NCBI GenBank assembly: GCA_964016885.1 | Contig: OZ024743.1 | Coordinates: forward strand, 41,788,001-41,852,000 | Direction: 5' to 3' | Length of the DNA: 64,000 nt | Origin: Eledone cirrhosa | Taxonomy: Eukaryota | Shown here: in pieces, positions 1 to 16,450 of the stretch | Numbering within the stretch: position 1 is the stretch's first letter | Layout: the number at the start of each line of letters is the position of its first letter | Translations under genes and position numbers: made by a program | Notes under the pieces: generated by a model | The model's input: only the letters and a program-made list of their open reading frames with translations | What the model was told of the DNA's origin: nothing | Databases searched by the model: none

Positions 1-505
1 AGGAGGAATTCGGACACACACCTGCAGAATTAGTGTACGGCACCACCCTGCTTCTACCTGGTCAGTTGGTTGCTCCCATCTCTCCTCAGAATGTTCCAGA
101 CCCAGGATCATACGTACACCGTCTTCGACAATATATGTCTCACCTTGCTCCTGCAAGCAACCGTCAACAGAACATGGCCACACACGTACCTTCAGACATT
201 AAAGATTGGGCACACGTTTTCGTTCGAAACGACACCATCTCAGCTCATCTTCGACCTCCATATTCTGGCCCTTATCGTGTTCTAAAAAATATCCGAAATA
301 TTTTATTCTCGATCTAGATGGTAAACCGAATTCTGTCAGCGTGGACAGATTAAAAATAGCCATCATGGATACTGTTACAGTCTCTACACCAGAAACTCCA
401 ACAGATTGCTGTCCCAGCAAGCCACCTGTTTCATCTCCAGTCACGAGAAGTGGACGACGTGTCCATTGGCCCGCAAAGTTGGCACAATATGTGAATTACC
501 GTTAA
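1..505 (+). pseudogene. Ty3/Gypsy Pol C-terminus (integrase end with GPY/F module), frameshifted near 285-300
   Basis: Translation gives TPAELVYG...HVFVRND...LRPPYSGPYRVLK. A shifted frame then gives YFILDLDGKPNSVSVDRLK...VTRSGRRV. These are typical Gypsy integrase C-terminal motifs. Confidence 0.9.
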
Positions 506-1423
506 AAACAAGTGAATTTCTTAATCATTCTTCTTGCAAAACATTCCCATTCCCTTGTGTTTACTATTTCCAGTTTCAAATACAATGAACATTCTGCTTG
601 AACAATTGCAATTTTTAGTGACCATGTGCTCATTTCACGAAGAACATTATTTATTATGAACATTACCTATTACAAACACTATTTAAGAACAAACATTGTG
701 TATAGCATTGTGTATAACATTTTTTTCTTCTCTTGTTTTTTAAAAAAAATTATGTTTCTTGTTCTGTAACATGGATTGAGTAATTGCCATAATTTTTATA
801 TACATACAAGGCATATTCTGTTTGTCATGAACACTACAAAACCACGTTTGTTTCAACGTTTGGTTCATACACTGAGCAATAGATATTTGTGTCCCTCTAA
901 CTCTTACCCTACAACATGTTTTCTCTTTGATCACGCATTTCACAAATCGCATCCTCAAAACACTGGGCTTCTTTTTTCACGGACACATTCACTCAATATC
1001 TCGAGAATGCCTCGCTATTTTTTACCACAAGCATTCACTCAAGGATATGCTGTGGAGCAAACTGTTACTTTTAGGCAGCATGCTTACGGCCATTCAGTTC
1101 ACACATTACGGTTATCTTCACTGCCCAGTTAGAATTTTTGTCACGCAATTCACAGGCAGCTCAACCCAAATTGCAACAGGCTCATTCATCACGCCTGCAT
1201 AAATCTGGCCAAAGTTATTTTATAGTTTATTTCTTTTTTCTCTTCCTGACACACGCATCTTGCCATATCATCTCTACATCGACTCTGTCGTATACTCAAT
1301 GATCACAAACTTTTACAACGTGCTGGACATTACTTGGGATATTGTCATGACATATCCACCACTGGCCTATTACTATAAGACATTTCGCTCTTTTGATGTA
1401 CAAAAGATCTGGCAGGGGGTTAA

Positions 1424-2033
<610 letters not shown>

Positions 2034-3949
2034 AATGAAATATAATTCATGTATGTAATTATATTTAACGCAAGGAGGTAACCTAGGCTAAATTAACTTA
2101 ATCACATCCGTATCCGGATATCAAAAAAGAAATAATAACCGATTCAAACCATCAATTTTATTAATAAGCTTCTTAAGAATGTTATTAATAAGCTACCTTC
2201 ATCAGCGATGATAGGTCATAAATATATATCACACGTTTAGATATGCTATATCTAATCGTCTATTCATTTAAAGGAAGGGAAGGTGTTACAGGTCAAGCTG
2301 TAAGTAATGCTAAAAATAGCACTGGGCATGTCCCAATAAGGTAACTGGGTTAATTTAAAAGATTAGTGCAGAAATATACTAAATTTATGTTAAATCGATA
2401 TGTATAAATATATGTCTATTTTCGATTATGTTTCACAATAAATATTCTCGATGGAAATTGATTCAGGGTATCAATTATACAATTTCAAACTATATATATA
2501 ATCAGGATATATATCAATTCAGAAACTGTTTGTATTTGTACATCTGTACAGAACAATTAATATATGGATATACTATTTTCGATGTGATAACGTAGCCTAT
2601 AGTGCCTTAGAAAGATCTGCTTCTAGAAATCAAGGAAAAAAAGCGCAAACCATCGGTCATAAAAATAAGTTTCAACTATTGATTTGGTAAAAAGCTTCTT
2701 AAGAACATGATTTCTTTACTCATATAACATCTTACATATCGTTTAAACTCGTACTGTTATACACATACACTTATATATAGCCATGAACGCCCAGACCACC
2801 ACCAGACACAGCAGCTCCCCCCACCCCACCCGGATGCTCTTAAAGTTAGCCAGAATTTGCCCTCTTCAAAAACAGTGTGACAAAACTCCTGACATCTATG
2901 AGGCTGAGGTTACATCCTCTCGACCAAATGAACGGTAACAGGTCAAAACCTATGTAAAAACCAGTGTAAAGAAAGCTTCCTTAATCGTCAGATGTCCTTT
3001 ATACACTTTGATAAGCGGACTTCCACGATGCTGGCAAGCCATATATGGTCCCTCAATGATGCAGGCGTGAATTTCACAATTCAATGAAATTTCTGGACAA
3101 ATATATGCCACGCGGAAATGGAGAATTGTTCTGTAAGCAGTGTAATGAGGAAAGAATTAATATCCTGCAGAGGTTACGGAATAGTTCTTGCCTTTACACT
3201 AGCAGTGATTTTTTTATCGTTTCCCCCACACTATGAAGTATGTCTTACGCAACTGGAAAGGCTCGGGTTAATCACAAACGAAATTCGTCTCCTCTACACT
3301 ACTCTACTTTCCTTTCTTTCTGCTGTCAGCTAAATATCGTTGTCTATCGCACAGAATCCAGTCAGCTCATAGAAGATTCCGTTCTCACTGCAGCCATACA
3401 TGGGTTGAAAATCCTTTCGGTGAAACGCGTTACGTCGAGTATAGTTTGCTAATTTGCAGTAGAACTAACTCTCTCTCTATATATAGTTAAGTGAGACTTG
3501 TATTGCTCTAATCAGCGCACAAATCAAGAACACAATGTGTACTCACGACACCTGCCTAACCTAACCGTCCTTAACCGCCACATTTGTCAAATCATATGTG
3601 GATTGCAGCCGTCACAAAATGGGTAAGACGGTTATCAAGCAGTAGCTGTCATACTAAAAAATGTCTATATTTCTATATAATACAACCAGAGATATTATTA
3701 AATCACACACCCACACGCACCCACGCACATACACACACACTTACTCCAGCATACGCGCACCCACGCACACACACACACACACCACGCACATACACACACA
3801 CTTACTCCATCATACACACACCCAGACTTACACACACATATATATATATGTGTATATATATATATACGTATATATATATACATATATATATGTATATATA
3901 TATATATACGTATATATATATATACACATATATATATATGTGTGTGTAA

Positions 3950-4072
3950 GGTGAAGGCGTTTGGCTGAGTGGTTAGAGTATTGGATTCACAATCGTGAGG
4001 TTGTGAGTTCGATTCCTGAACCAGGCGATGCGTTATGTCCTTGAGCAAGACACTTTATTTCACGTTGCTCCT
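3950..4072 (+). mobile_element. tRNA-head SINE fragment (second family, GTCCTTGAGCAAGACACT core)
   Basis: A-box-like TGGCTGAGTGG and B-box GTTCGATTCC, followed by a SINE-type core rather than a tRNA 3' end. Confidence 0.75.
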
Positions 4073-4169
4073 TCTACCTGGAGTTGCGACCGATAGATAG
4101 TATTAGCAATTGGAAAGACCAACGGAAACATAGCTTCCTCGGTCGACTAGAATATATATATATATAAAC

Positions 4170-4203
<34 letters not shown>

Positions 4204-4495
4204 GTATATATATATATATATATATATACATATAGATATATATATATATATATACGTATATATATATATATGTATATGTATATATATATATGTATATATA
4301 TGTATATATAGATATATATGTATATATACGTATATATATATATATACATATATATATGTGATTGTACTACAATAAAACTCACCTCCTGCACTCTATATAT
4401 GTATATATATATGTATACATACGTATATATATGTATACATATATATATGTACATATGTATGTATACATATATATGTATATATGTATGTATACATA

Positions 4496-4565
<70 letters not shown>

Positions 4566-5290
4566 ATACATTAACAGAGAAAGCTTTAAGCAATGCTCCG
4601 ACCGGCTTCCGTCTCACTCAACAAACATTAGGATATACCTTAGTATAATCCCAATTATACGTTTGGGTAGCTAACTATACGTATTTTGCGGATAGCCCGT
4701 TGTATTATTTTATATGAGACATAATTAAAATACATCTCTCTTTCCAAACGATCGTCTCATTATAAGTTTTCTACAAATTGGGAAAATAATGTCCAGGTCA
4801 TGTAGAAGCCTACACATAGTCCGTAGGAATATATGTAGGTGGGCACTTATAAATCAGCAGTGGATGCCCGACAAATATCGATATAAAAAAAACCTTACCG
4901 ATATTAATGTTCAGCGATGGTGCCCTTCCGTGCTAGAATGACCGCCAAATTTAAAATTCCAGCAGTCTCACAATGAGAAATCTCACACTGCCATCAAGCG
5001 GAAAGGGGAAGTCATCGCAAAACATACAAGAATAAAATAATATGCACGCGGGTCAATTAATTCTTTCAATAATTTTCACCATGCGTGAAGAACTCAATTC
5101 GATATAAAAAAAAATATATATATGCATGTATTATTTATACACGCATATAGGTATTTTCTTAGGCTAAAAACAGAGATATGATACCGGAAGAACAATCAAT
5201 ATTTCATACAAAGAATAAATACGGAAAGTCATACCTAAAAAGTATCTGGAAATATTCATCCCTGGCCAATATATATATATATGTATATCT

Positions 5291-6474
<1,184 letters not shown>

Positions 6475-6859
6475 TATATATATATATATGCATGATGTAG
6501 ATATTAACAAAGTAAAAAGCACATATCTATGTTTGTCATCCAAATCCCTCTAAATCTGGGTTTTAATAACGTATTTTCTCAAGTATATTGAAGTCTTCTA
6601 GAATTTCCTTCAGCGTCATTAAGCACGCTTTCCAAGGGATCCTGTGAGAAGCAACTATTTCCTCTTGATCCTTATAGAACCCCAAGTGAGACCCTCATAG
6701 CTCCTGCATGTTATCAAACCATCTTGCTTGCAAAAATTGTTTTGGTCTCCTGTCTGTTGTATTTGTACGTAAAATCTGTCCAGTGATTCTTTCCATGAAC
6801 ATTGTCGTTTGAGTGTATAAGACTTTTATGAGTAACTATACTATCTAGTTGATTACCCT

Positions 6860-8880
6860 CCCTGATAATCAATATGCGTAATTTAGAGTCTTTAAAATAT
6901 TTTGATTATATTGTTAATGTACTAAAACCTTTGTTCGTCTTTCCTCTTTCACTCTCTACTCTAATTTGTTGTATAGCTTTTAGTTTTGCTCGTTCCGTAT
7001 ACAAAGGGCCGGATGTTTTCGTTTATTAGAAATTTAATTCCCGCATGTCTTTCTTCCCTGGTATTTACATCATGAATAACAGTGCAAATTAGTCTGACTA
7101 TGTTACATTTCATACATGTTGAAAATGGCATGATTTTACATTCAGATATTTTGTGCATCTGTGTTTTTATAATATATAATAGTTGTGAAGTTGGTACTAT
7201 TTTCAATCACTATCAGATCTAGGAATGATAATTTCGCCGTATTTATCTACTTTGTGTATTTTAGGATGTGATCTAAATCTTTCTGGATGATACTAAATTA
7301 TTCTAAATCATTAACAAATTATGGCCATATCATAAAACAATCAACAAGGAATATATTCCATTAGTTCTATATATGAATACAAAAGTGCATATTATATTTT
7401 TTCACTACGTTTTGATATAGTATCTTTTCCTGAATACCTCGCTAATAAGTTTGTGTATGTTATGGCTGTATCTCTGAATGGTACTCCCATTGAAAAAGAG
7501 ATTATTATTCCCAGAATAATAGGAAATATATTGTATGTCATCTCACCATGATTTTCGAAAGAATATTCTAGTGTTGCAATTCCCAGTTTATGTGGATTAT
7601 TGGTGTAGATGTTTACCGCATCAAAACTAACACAGAATTTGCTTCGGTGGTTTGGATAGATGTCACAAAAATCAATATCACACCGAAATATATTTCGTCT
7701 CCAGTTACATAGGGGTTTCAAGATAATGCTAATGAACTGACCCAGGCAATTATTAGGACGTGCAGGGCAAGCTATGTTTAGTTTAAGTTTCAGATCTATT
7801 CGTTGTAGTAATATCATTTAGTAATTATATTATTCTTTTACTTTTTTGTTGATTTCTTTTGATTTATGTATTATTGGTGGGGCATACAAAATTACTCGTC
7901 TTCTGTTCAATCTAGACATTTCCGTTTCTTCTGAATACACAAAATTCAATGATCTACACTTGCAGGTATTTATGAATAAAATGTTCGCCTAAATCTCGAT
8001 TATATTATACAAACATAATATCAATAACACCAATTTATTTCGCTGTTCGATGATTATAGTTTCATCGATTTGGAGACGTTTCATGGAGGATTACTCAGAT
8101 TTGGTAATATTTCATCCGGCATTATTATTTGGAAGTATCTGTAGAGGGTCGAACGCCATGCTTTGACGCAGAGAATTACGGCCCTGGCCATTCTGAGTTC
8201 AAATCCCGCCGAGGTTGGCTTTGCCTTTCATCCTTACGTGGTCGATAAAATAAAGTACCTGTAATGCACTGGATAATTGCTGGCCTTGTGCCGAAAGTAG
8301 AAACAATTATGATTGTGTGCAGGTGCAAATATGGAAATGATATCAGGCTGATTTGGAAATGATATGGATGAAGCTGACATTTGATTTTTTCCCATAAGAG
8401 ATCCATCCACTTCCTCTTCTTTATTGTCGAAATATCGATCCGCCGTATTTTTCAGTAGCGATCTTGATATCCTCCTCTTTCTCTTCGTGGTTGCCTGTTG
8501 CTGTAGGGGAACACTTTAGCCATTTTGCCAAAGGCTTGTATTCATCATTAACCTTTTGTTTAAATTAATTATATTAGGGTTTCCTAGTTCAATTATTTCA
8601 GAATTATATCTTCCTTGTTTTCGTCTTTTTCCGTGGTTGTTATTCCAACACTAAAAATATTGATTTAATTATTTTGCTTAGCATTTCTGTTGATAATATT
8701 TGTTTGTATGACACTGTGTCTTATTTGTTGTTAGACCACTTTCCGCCATATCTGCACGTTATTTGTCACTTTTTACTATATGACAAAATAATCTAGGTAT
8801 TTTCTTGTGTAAACTTAGGTCCTAAACACCGTCCTACGATGATAGTTTTTGTCTCAATCTTGAAAGTGTCAGACTTCTAC
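6860..8880 (-). pseudogene. Heavily decayed Penelope-like RT ORF (Neptune-like), interrupted by a SINE
   Basis: Ordered minus-strand motifs: LGPKFT (~8820), LYAPPIIHKSKEI (~7870), DLKLKLNIACP...ISIILKPL, VSFDAVNIYTNNPHKLG, IVRLICTVI. These match PLE RT motifs (GLKF, LPKIHK, SFDVxSLYTNIP). Confidence 0.7.
8125..8311 (+). mobile_element. tRNA-head SINE, major family
   Basis: B-box GAGTTCAAATCCC, core TTTGCCTTTCATCCTTAC..GTCGATAAAATAAAGTACC, tail GGCCTTGTGCC.AAAGTAGAAACAATTAT. Confidence 0.9.
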
Positions 8881-9433
8881 CTCTCTAGCATCTTGATTTA
8901 CAATGCAGCCAAAGGAATGTTTATTATTATATTTTAGTTTTGGTGTTTTTGTGTGTGTTAAGGTTGAAAGTTCATTGTTTCAACCACAAGATGTGTTACT
9001 ACGTAGGTTGAATAGAATGTCTTCTCATACCACAAAATATTGAAGAATACATACAGGAATTTTCGGCCCAATCGGTGTAAAACAATTCGTAACTTTGTCA
9101 CAAAATTCTAGATTTCTTTTCCTCCTTTGAAATATCCTTTATAAATATTACTCTTCTACGTCATTAGTTGCAATTATTCATATTTCATCTAGAATTTGAT
9201 GATCAATAGATTCATATTTTGCTTTGTAATGAGATTGTTTACATAGCGTAATATGAATATATGTCCTAAATTTTGACACTACCAGCTATTATCCCAGTTT
9301 TCTTTCCTAAAATATTCCTCCTACAATTTCATTTTTGAGGTACTTACGAAGAAATATGGGTGCAGCTAATCTCAATTACAACTCAGTTTTCACAGATAAG
9401 CGCATTCCAAAAAAGTATATATATATATATACA

Positions 9434-9488
<55 letters not shown>

Positions 9489-9575
9489 GTATATATATAT
9501 ATGTATATATATATATGTATATATATATATGTATATATATATATGTATATATATGTATATATATATATGTATATA

Positions 9576-9655
<80 letters not shown>

Positions 9656-9744
9656 CAATGAGTTATATGGTTTGTTGATTATTGATCAAAGTTAATTTTG
9701 CAACAGATTAGAAGCACTCTACAAGATTTATATGGAGTATCATT

Positions 9745-10212
9745 AATGTTAACAATATTAATAAATGGAAAATATCTTTACAAAACCATATTTATTTTAT
9801 TATATATATTTCAAGGGTACTAAAATGTTAGTGATTCCTTGCAAACTCATGCATATATCTATGTGAGTATATATCTATAATTAATTCTACAAGAAGCCTA
9901 CATTAACTTTTCACCCTATAATGACAACCACATAAACAGTAAAAACAAGGTTTTTTCTTTCAAAATTTATCAGGCGTCGTAATTTAACGGCTCTTTTTTT
10001 GTTTTAACGTATCCTCATTAACATATATCCCTTGTAATTTTGAATTTTTGAATCACTGCCTTTAGTGGAATATACCATTAAGATCACACGAATGTATGTC
10101 ACTATCTTAACACCACATATTTTATTTACTAACATTTTAGTACATTTGAAATATGTATAATTTAATAAATATGGTTTTGTAAAGATATTTTCCATTTACT
10201 AATATTGTTAAT
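9745..10212. repeat. Inverted repeat pair (~9745-9832 / ~10127-10212)
   Basis: AAATGGAAAATATCTTTACAAAACCATATTTATT pairs with AATAAATATGGTTTTGTAAAGATATTTTCCATTT. Confidence 0.8.
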
Positions 10213-10646
10213 ATATATATATATATAACCGCTAACTGAGATACTTTTATTAATGTCAACTCTGTTAATACTAATTTGATTGAAATGAGTATAGCAAGAA
10301 AGAGAAAGAGCAGAATTATAGCAAAAATATACGTTTGCCTTTGTAAAGACGCGTGGAATGTGCTCAATACCTAAGTAGAATATGCCACGTATCAAAATAG
10401 TGAAATTACTCTCTTTTGAAACTATGTGTTTCACAGTGCTTGTTGATGCTCGTGGATATCTGAGCAGCAGATGTAATCTCAGTAATATAATAAATGCATA
10501 AATCGTTACGGGATCTTTGGCTGCTATTTAGATCAGGTTTAGTAATTAAAGTGAGGTTGTCGAAAGCAAGTGGGTTATTACTTATTGTCCCATCACAACA
10601 TCTGTAATCATGCCGTACGTTATTAATGATGAGTGAATAAGGTTGC

Positions 10647-11506
10647 AGAAGATCACGCCACCTATCTCTGATTTTGGAGGCAGTCGATTAACTGCCCCTG
10701 GTTCTGACGTCAGTAGCTGAATACACTATATTTTCAACTTTGTGTGTTGATTCGAGCAGACGCGTTTCACGGTGGCGAAACAGCGATATCACACCATGCG
10801 GTCACGGGATATTTGAACACCGCCACTTAATAATAATTACGAATTACCAATCAAGGAGCAACTGATATGATAATATGTTTTGTTTATTGCTCTGATTAAA
10901 ATGCTCATGTACATATAATCTCGAGGTATGTTCTTTTTGCTTAATTGTTTACCTACACCTAACAACAAATAGAAGAGATGTCTAGCACCCATGCTAGGGA
11001 AACGAACTCCCCTCTAAATCATAAAACAACGCAGCCTTCTAAAATGGTGACCATCTCTCCTAAAGTAATCATGTAGAAGATCACGCCACCTAGCGTTGAC
11101 TTTGGAGGCAGTCGATTAACTGCCCTTAGTTCTGACGTCACGTTCTGACGTCAGTAGCTGAATAAGCTCTCTTTTCAACTTTGTGTGTTGATGCGAGCAG
11201 ACGCGTTTCACGGTGGCGAAACAGCAATATCACACCATGCGGTCACGGGATATTTGAACACGGCCACTTAATGATAATTACGAATTACCAATCAAGGAGC
11301 AACTGATATGATAACCTGTTTTGTTTATTGCTCTGATTAAAATGCTCATGTACATATAATCTCGAGGTATGTTCTTTTTGCTTAATTGTTTACCTACACC
11401 TAACAACAAATAGAAGAGATGTCTAGCAGCCAAGCTAGGGAAACGAACTCTCCTCTGAATCGTAAAACAACGCAAACTTCTAAAATTGGTGACCATCTCT
11501 CCTAAA
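10647..11506. repeat. Tandem duplication, period ~428 bp
   Basis: AGAAGATCACGCCACCTA...ACCATCTCTCCTAAA occurs at 10647-11064 and 11075-11506. Confidence 0.95.
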
Positions 11507-13689
11507 AGGTCAAGGTACATCTGGAATTATGCGGAAATTGAATTAAGTTTAGTACATATGTAATGATCAGTAGCATATTTTTGTAGTTGGTTTTAATACG
11601 CCTAACAACCTTACACATTAAACATTGACAATATTCCTTAATATCATTCTGTCCTTTTAGTCCTTTAGGGGTTTCAGTTATTAAAATTACTCTATGTAGA
11701 GGCACTGTCATGAATGCCCTAGTCGAACATGTCAGACATGGTAATTACGTTTTCTACGACTGATATTTATCTCATAGAATATTTTTGTCGAACAGCTATG
11801 TTAGGAATATATAAAACTATAAGCGTCAACACATTTATTTTGGTATATATTGTATAGCTAGAGGGGTAGATAGACACACGATGGTTTCTACAGAGCTTCC
11901 CCGTATCAACTTCACTCACAAGATTTTAGTGAAGTCTACCAGCCATTTGCAGAGGTAGTCATGCAGTTGGACTGAACACAAGAGTAGCATTAACTGTTCT
12001 TGTGATTAAATTATCTGCCAATTCTATATACATTTGAATAATACGTGTCGTACGCTCTTAATGCAAACGGCGTTAACTACAATAACAAATATGAATTAAA
12101 GTAGAAGATACTTGCTTAAGATGCCATTCACAAACAACATATATACACAACATATATGTGTGCATGAGTGTCAATATGCAAGCGTGTCTGTACAAAACTA
12201 GCTTTTAGACTCCTCTCTATTCTAATTTTAAACACTTTATCTTGGTGAGGCGTCGACAGGTTTATCAGAATCCACTGTAATGTACATCCTCATTATCAAC
12301 CACGAGACTCATTCCTTTACAAAATATGCTGAATTGATTTTCACATTTTACTCCATGACCAATGTTTTTTGATTATCTCCTAAATCTACATTGCTGCTAT
12401 CCTTTGATATTGATATTTTATAAGACTATCTGTTTGTCAGTTTCCCCACGTTTGCAGCTGCATAATAAAATGTGTTAATGCTTACACTTCCATGTTTTGT
12501 ATTTTCTATGCACTACCCCTTGGATAAGCATTTATTTTTCTGATTCCTATCTAAAATATCATTTGGATAGTTGTTGACATTTTGCTCAGGGGTGGAGATA
12601 TTCATTCACTTACTAAATCCAGTGAATGTATTTTTATGGCATTTGTTCTCCCCTCTGTATTAATCTGATGTAAACTCTAATTCGTAATGTGTAGGTCCTG
12701 GTAACCTAGCATCACCAGCATCATCATCTTCATCAGGATAGCCATGTTCATCATCAACCTTTTTGTCTTACTCATCATCATCATCATCCTCTAAAAGGAA
12801 AACACACACAAAACACCATCTTGCCTCGGACCAACACACAAATGATAACATATAAAACACACCCACAACAAATACAGAAATGTTTACAACACCAAACTCA
12901 CCAACACCACAACCAACAACAGTAACACAATCACAGCTACCCACAAACAGAAAAAGAATATACGCAAGAATAACAACAACAACCGGCCACACCGAACCAA
13001 ACATCGTGCAATTGAAGAGGATCCCAGAGCACAAAATATATATAATGAGAAATAGGAGCATTTTCAGTACCCGCATTTTTAAAGTGCCACAAACTTTAAT
13101 GATGGTACACATGTCGCTTGACATTTACAAAAACCATTAGAATGTCCCTAACTTAAAGACACACGAGTAGGCTTTTAAAGAAGATCCAAAAGGAATCCAA
13201 CAAGATGCGGAGGATGAACAACCCTCTCTCCAACAACACGCAGTATATAAGTAGGCGACTTTTTCTATTAACTTTTTCCAGTAAATTTTAAAGTAGGTTA
13301 AATAAATGTTCTTGGTCTGGGGTCATTCAAGAAACAGAGTTTCTTGCTCAACCTCAGGTTATTAGCTATATATGTGACCACCGTCAGTGTGACTAGGATT
13401 TCTGATAGGTATGCACTAGACCTCAGTCCATGAAGCGCGTGAATTGGCCTACGCTGAACATGTGACTGTGAGTCGAAAAATGCAGCTTCCTAGAGTGCTC
13501 TTGGAGCTAAGTGGAATTTCGAATCTATGGTTTTCCTAAACTACTATTTGGTGATTGTTGTTTTAATAGTTCCTTGTATAATGTCCGCTTATATTCATCC
13601 GTTTTGTATAGCATGTATTTTACAATGTTGTGTTTATCGTATTTTTGAGACATTATGATAAATAAAAAAATAATAAAAAATAATAGAAA

Positions 13690-14010
13690 TAATGATTGTT
13701 TCTACTTTTGGCACAAGGCCAGCAATCATCCAGTACATTACGGTTACTTTATTTTATCGACCCCGTAAGGATGAAAGGCAAAGGCAAAGTTAACTTCGAC
13801 GGGATTTGAACTCAGTCGGTAAAGGGACGTAACTATGCTGGAAATCATGGCGTTCGACACTCTACCGATACTGCTAATCCACCGTAATTCTAGATTTCAA
13901 ATCTCATGAAATTAACTTTGCCTTTTCTTCTTTTGAGGTCGATAAAATAAAGCACCAGTAATGCACTGGGTTTATTAGTGACCTTGTGCCAAAAGTAGAA
14001 CAATTAATAT
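13690..14010. mobile_element. Two major-family SINEs back to back (13690-13885 minus; ~13895-14010 plus, 5'-truncated)
   Basis: Both carry the same core and tail as the 8125 copy, in opposite orientations. Confidence 0.85.
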
Positions 14011-14241
14011 TATTATTACTTTTACTACTATTGTTATTATGGGTGTTTTATCATTGCTGTTGTTGATATGACCAATTAGGCCAGAGATATTTTTCAAAAC
14101 ATGACGTTACTAATAACTTAATTATTTGTACTGCATTACCTATTACATACATACACACGTACATACAGACATTTATACATACACATATACATATATACAT
14201 ATATAAACACATACAAAAATACATATACGCATACACACTCA

Positions 14242-14300
<59 letters not shown>

Positions 14301-14559
14301 AGAATGTTATTTGGACGCAGGAAAATTAATTATGGCATGCGGACTACACATTAGACTTTTAGTTGCTTAAACCCCTTTGCATAATGTTAAACATTATTGC
14401 TTTCCGTGTGTATCCATAACATTCGGTTGTCATATCCAACATTTTCAGTGAAGTCTCCCCACAGGATATATAAGTCTGTCTTAACTACATCTAACGTTTC
14501 AATGACTTCATCAACGAAGGACGGTTATTCAGACACCTTGTTTGACGCATAAACGTGTA

Positions 14560-15169
14560 CCATCCAGGGAGCTCTAGGCTCCTCAACTAGCTAGTTCCTG
14601 CTCCATACCTGTAAGAGTTGTGATGTCAAGGTTTCCCACTTCAGGACACTTTTTGGGGTCTCAGCTTACGCAAACTCGTAATAGCCAAACACGTATCTTC
14701 AAATAGGTATTCGTGCTAACCCTATTCTATGGTCATGAAATTTCTTAATGCGCGAAAGGATACGATTGCAAATGCAAGCGGCCGGAATGTGGTTACTCCA
14801 ACGGGTTTTGGGAGTGGAGTATTGTTACACAATAGAGTGCGTAACTCGGAGATCAGTGTACCACTCCAGGTAGAGCCAGTATGTCTCACAATTGAGAGAT
14901 CACAGCACCGACACTATAATCATGTGTTTGAATCGATAGACAGATTTTACGTGCAAAAGCAGCCGGCAGGACACCCAGGAGTAGACCCTGAGCAAGTTGA
15001 TTGGATAATATTCATGAGCTTGGCCGCTCTCGCTTGGGAATCCATCCCGATCAGTTGGAGATATTTGCTTCTAACAAGACTCTCTGGAAGGAATGTTTGA
15101 GGAATCTAGCCCCGTGACTCTCTCAAGAATAAGTGGGAGAGGAAGAAGAAGAAGAAGAAGAAGAAGAAG
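14560..15169 (+). mobile_element. RTE-type LINE 3' remnant with (GAA)n tail
   Basis: Degenerate GRRPRGRP..WLDNI..L.WSRLGI-like terminus followed by (GAA)n. It is homologous to 30715-30880. Confidence 0.6.
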
Positions 15170-16031
15170 GCTGTACATATCCCGACCAGAACATTAAACT
15201 TTGGAGGTTAATACAAAAGCACGTTCCTAACCATCTTCAGCTTAGTTACCTTGATCTCACTATTATGGAGACAAAAAAAGTTTGCTCTGTTAAATTAAAA
15301 TGCATTAGATGTAAGATCTATCAACTTACGCCTATAGAAAAGACAATTCTTTGTTTCGATAATGAATATACAAAGTGTTCGATCAAAGCAATAAACTGCT
15401 TGTGAAATGATCGTCTAATGGAATGGTATTCCACATTTATGCAAATATTTAATTCTCATGGAATTTCAGTGTTACACAACGGGTGTGATGCGAGACTGAG
15501 GTGAGGTATTGAATACAGGGAACCGTCCAATCGATGGTTTTAAAAGCAAGTACCGCATATCCAATGTAATCCTCAAACCTTAAGATGAGTGTACCTGAGG
15601 GTATGGAAATGCCATTTGCACACGTTACGCAGTGAACTCGAATCGGTGGCTCAAGTATTGCAAATCGAGGTCTTTAAATGTTGTCAATGACTGGGTCACA
15701 AAGAGTACGCTGAACAATTTCTGTTACAAAACATAATAAATGTCCTGCAAAGTTAACAGCTTGAGGATTAGTTTAAATGTTATTTGCATAAAGGACTCTT
15801 ACGCGATATGTTATATTCAGTTTTAGCACATGGTCTCAGATGAAATCACTTTCAAAATAAGCTCAATATTGGCAATCCCCTAACAATTTGTTTTCTATGT
15901 TGTGCAGTTGTATATATATTTAATTATATCTGCAATCTCAAAGTAAAAGTATTGTTTTGATTTATATAGGAACAATATATGATACTTGTTGCACAGCTGC
16001 ACAATCTCACGTACACACACATATAATAATA

Positions 16032-16095
<64 letters not shown>

Positions 16096-16097
16096 GT

Positions 16098-16215
16098 ATG
16101 ACCCCGACGGCAGGGCTCAAGCCGGTTTTACGGCTATTTCTGGACTCTACTACCATAAGTATTGAGTACTCTGGTGCGTTATGGTCCATCTGGTTCCTTA
16201 CCACAACTCCTTCGT

Positions 16216-16216
<1 letters not shown>
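16098..16216. mobile_element. Short inverted pLTR fragment in (TA)n; same family as 61214-61406
   Basis: 16100-16145 is the reverse complement of 61270-61312. 16144-16216 matches ~61335-61406 in direct orientation. Confidence 0.8.
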
Positions 16217-16250
<34 letters not shown>

Positions 16251-16277
16251 GTATATATATGTGTGTGTGTGTGCGTA

Positions 16278-16323
<46 letters not shown>

Positions 16324-16408
16324 ATTGTCACACTTGTTCAGCGCATCGGTAGGGCTTCTCGTACATGGATATAAAGTAGTGGCCGTACTCGAAAACGAGT
16401 TGGCAGCC

Positions 16409-16450
<42 letters not shown>

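Noticed and set aside
3950-4030. tRNA genes at A/B-box motifs (also 8125, 33305, 44835 and others)
   Set aside because: The boxes run into SINE cores and tails, with no complete cloverleaf or terminator.
4562-5056. Possible DNA transposon (piggyBac-like end CGCGGGTCAA)
   Set aside because: I found no matching terminal inverted repeat, TTAA duplication or transposase signal.
12240-13140. Acidic minus-strand stretch after a good splice acceptor (~12790) and the Thr-rich plus ORF 12880-13140
   Set aside because: The acidic stretch has several in-frame stops and neither shows a recognisable domain. They may be decayed coding or ORF1 sequence but I cannot assign them.
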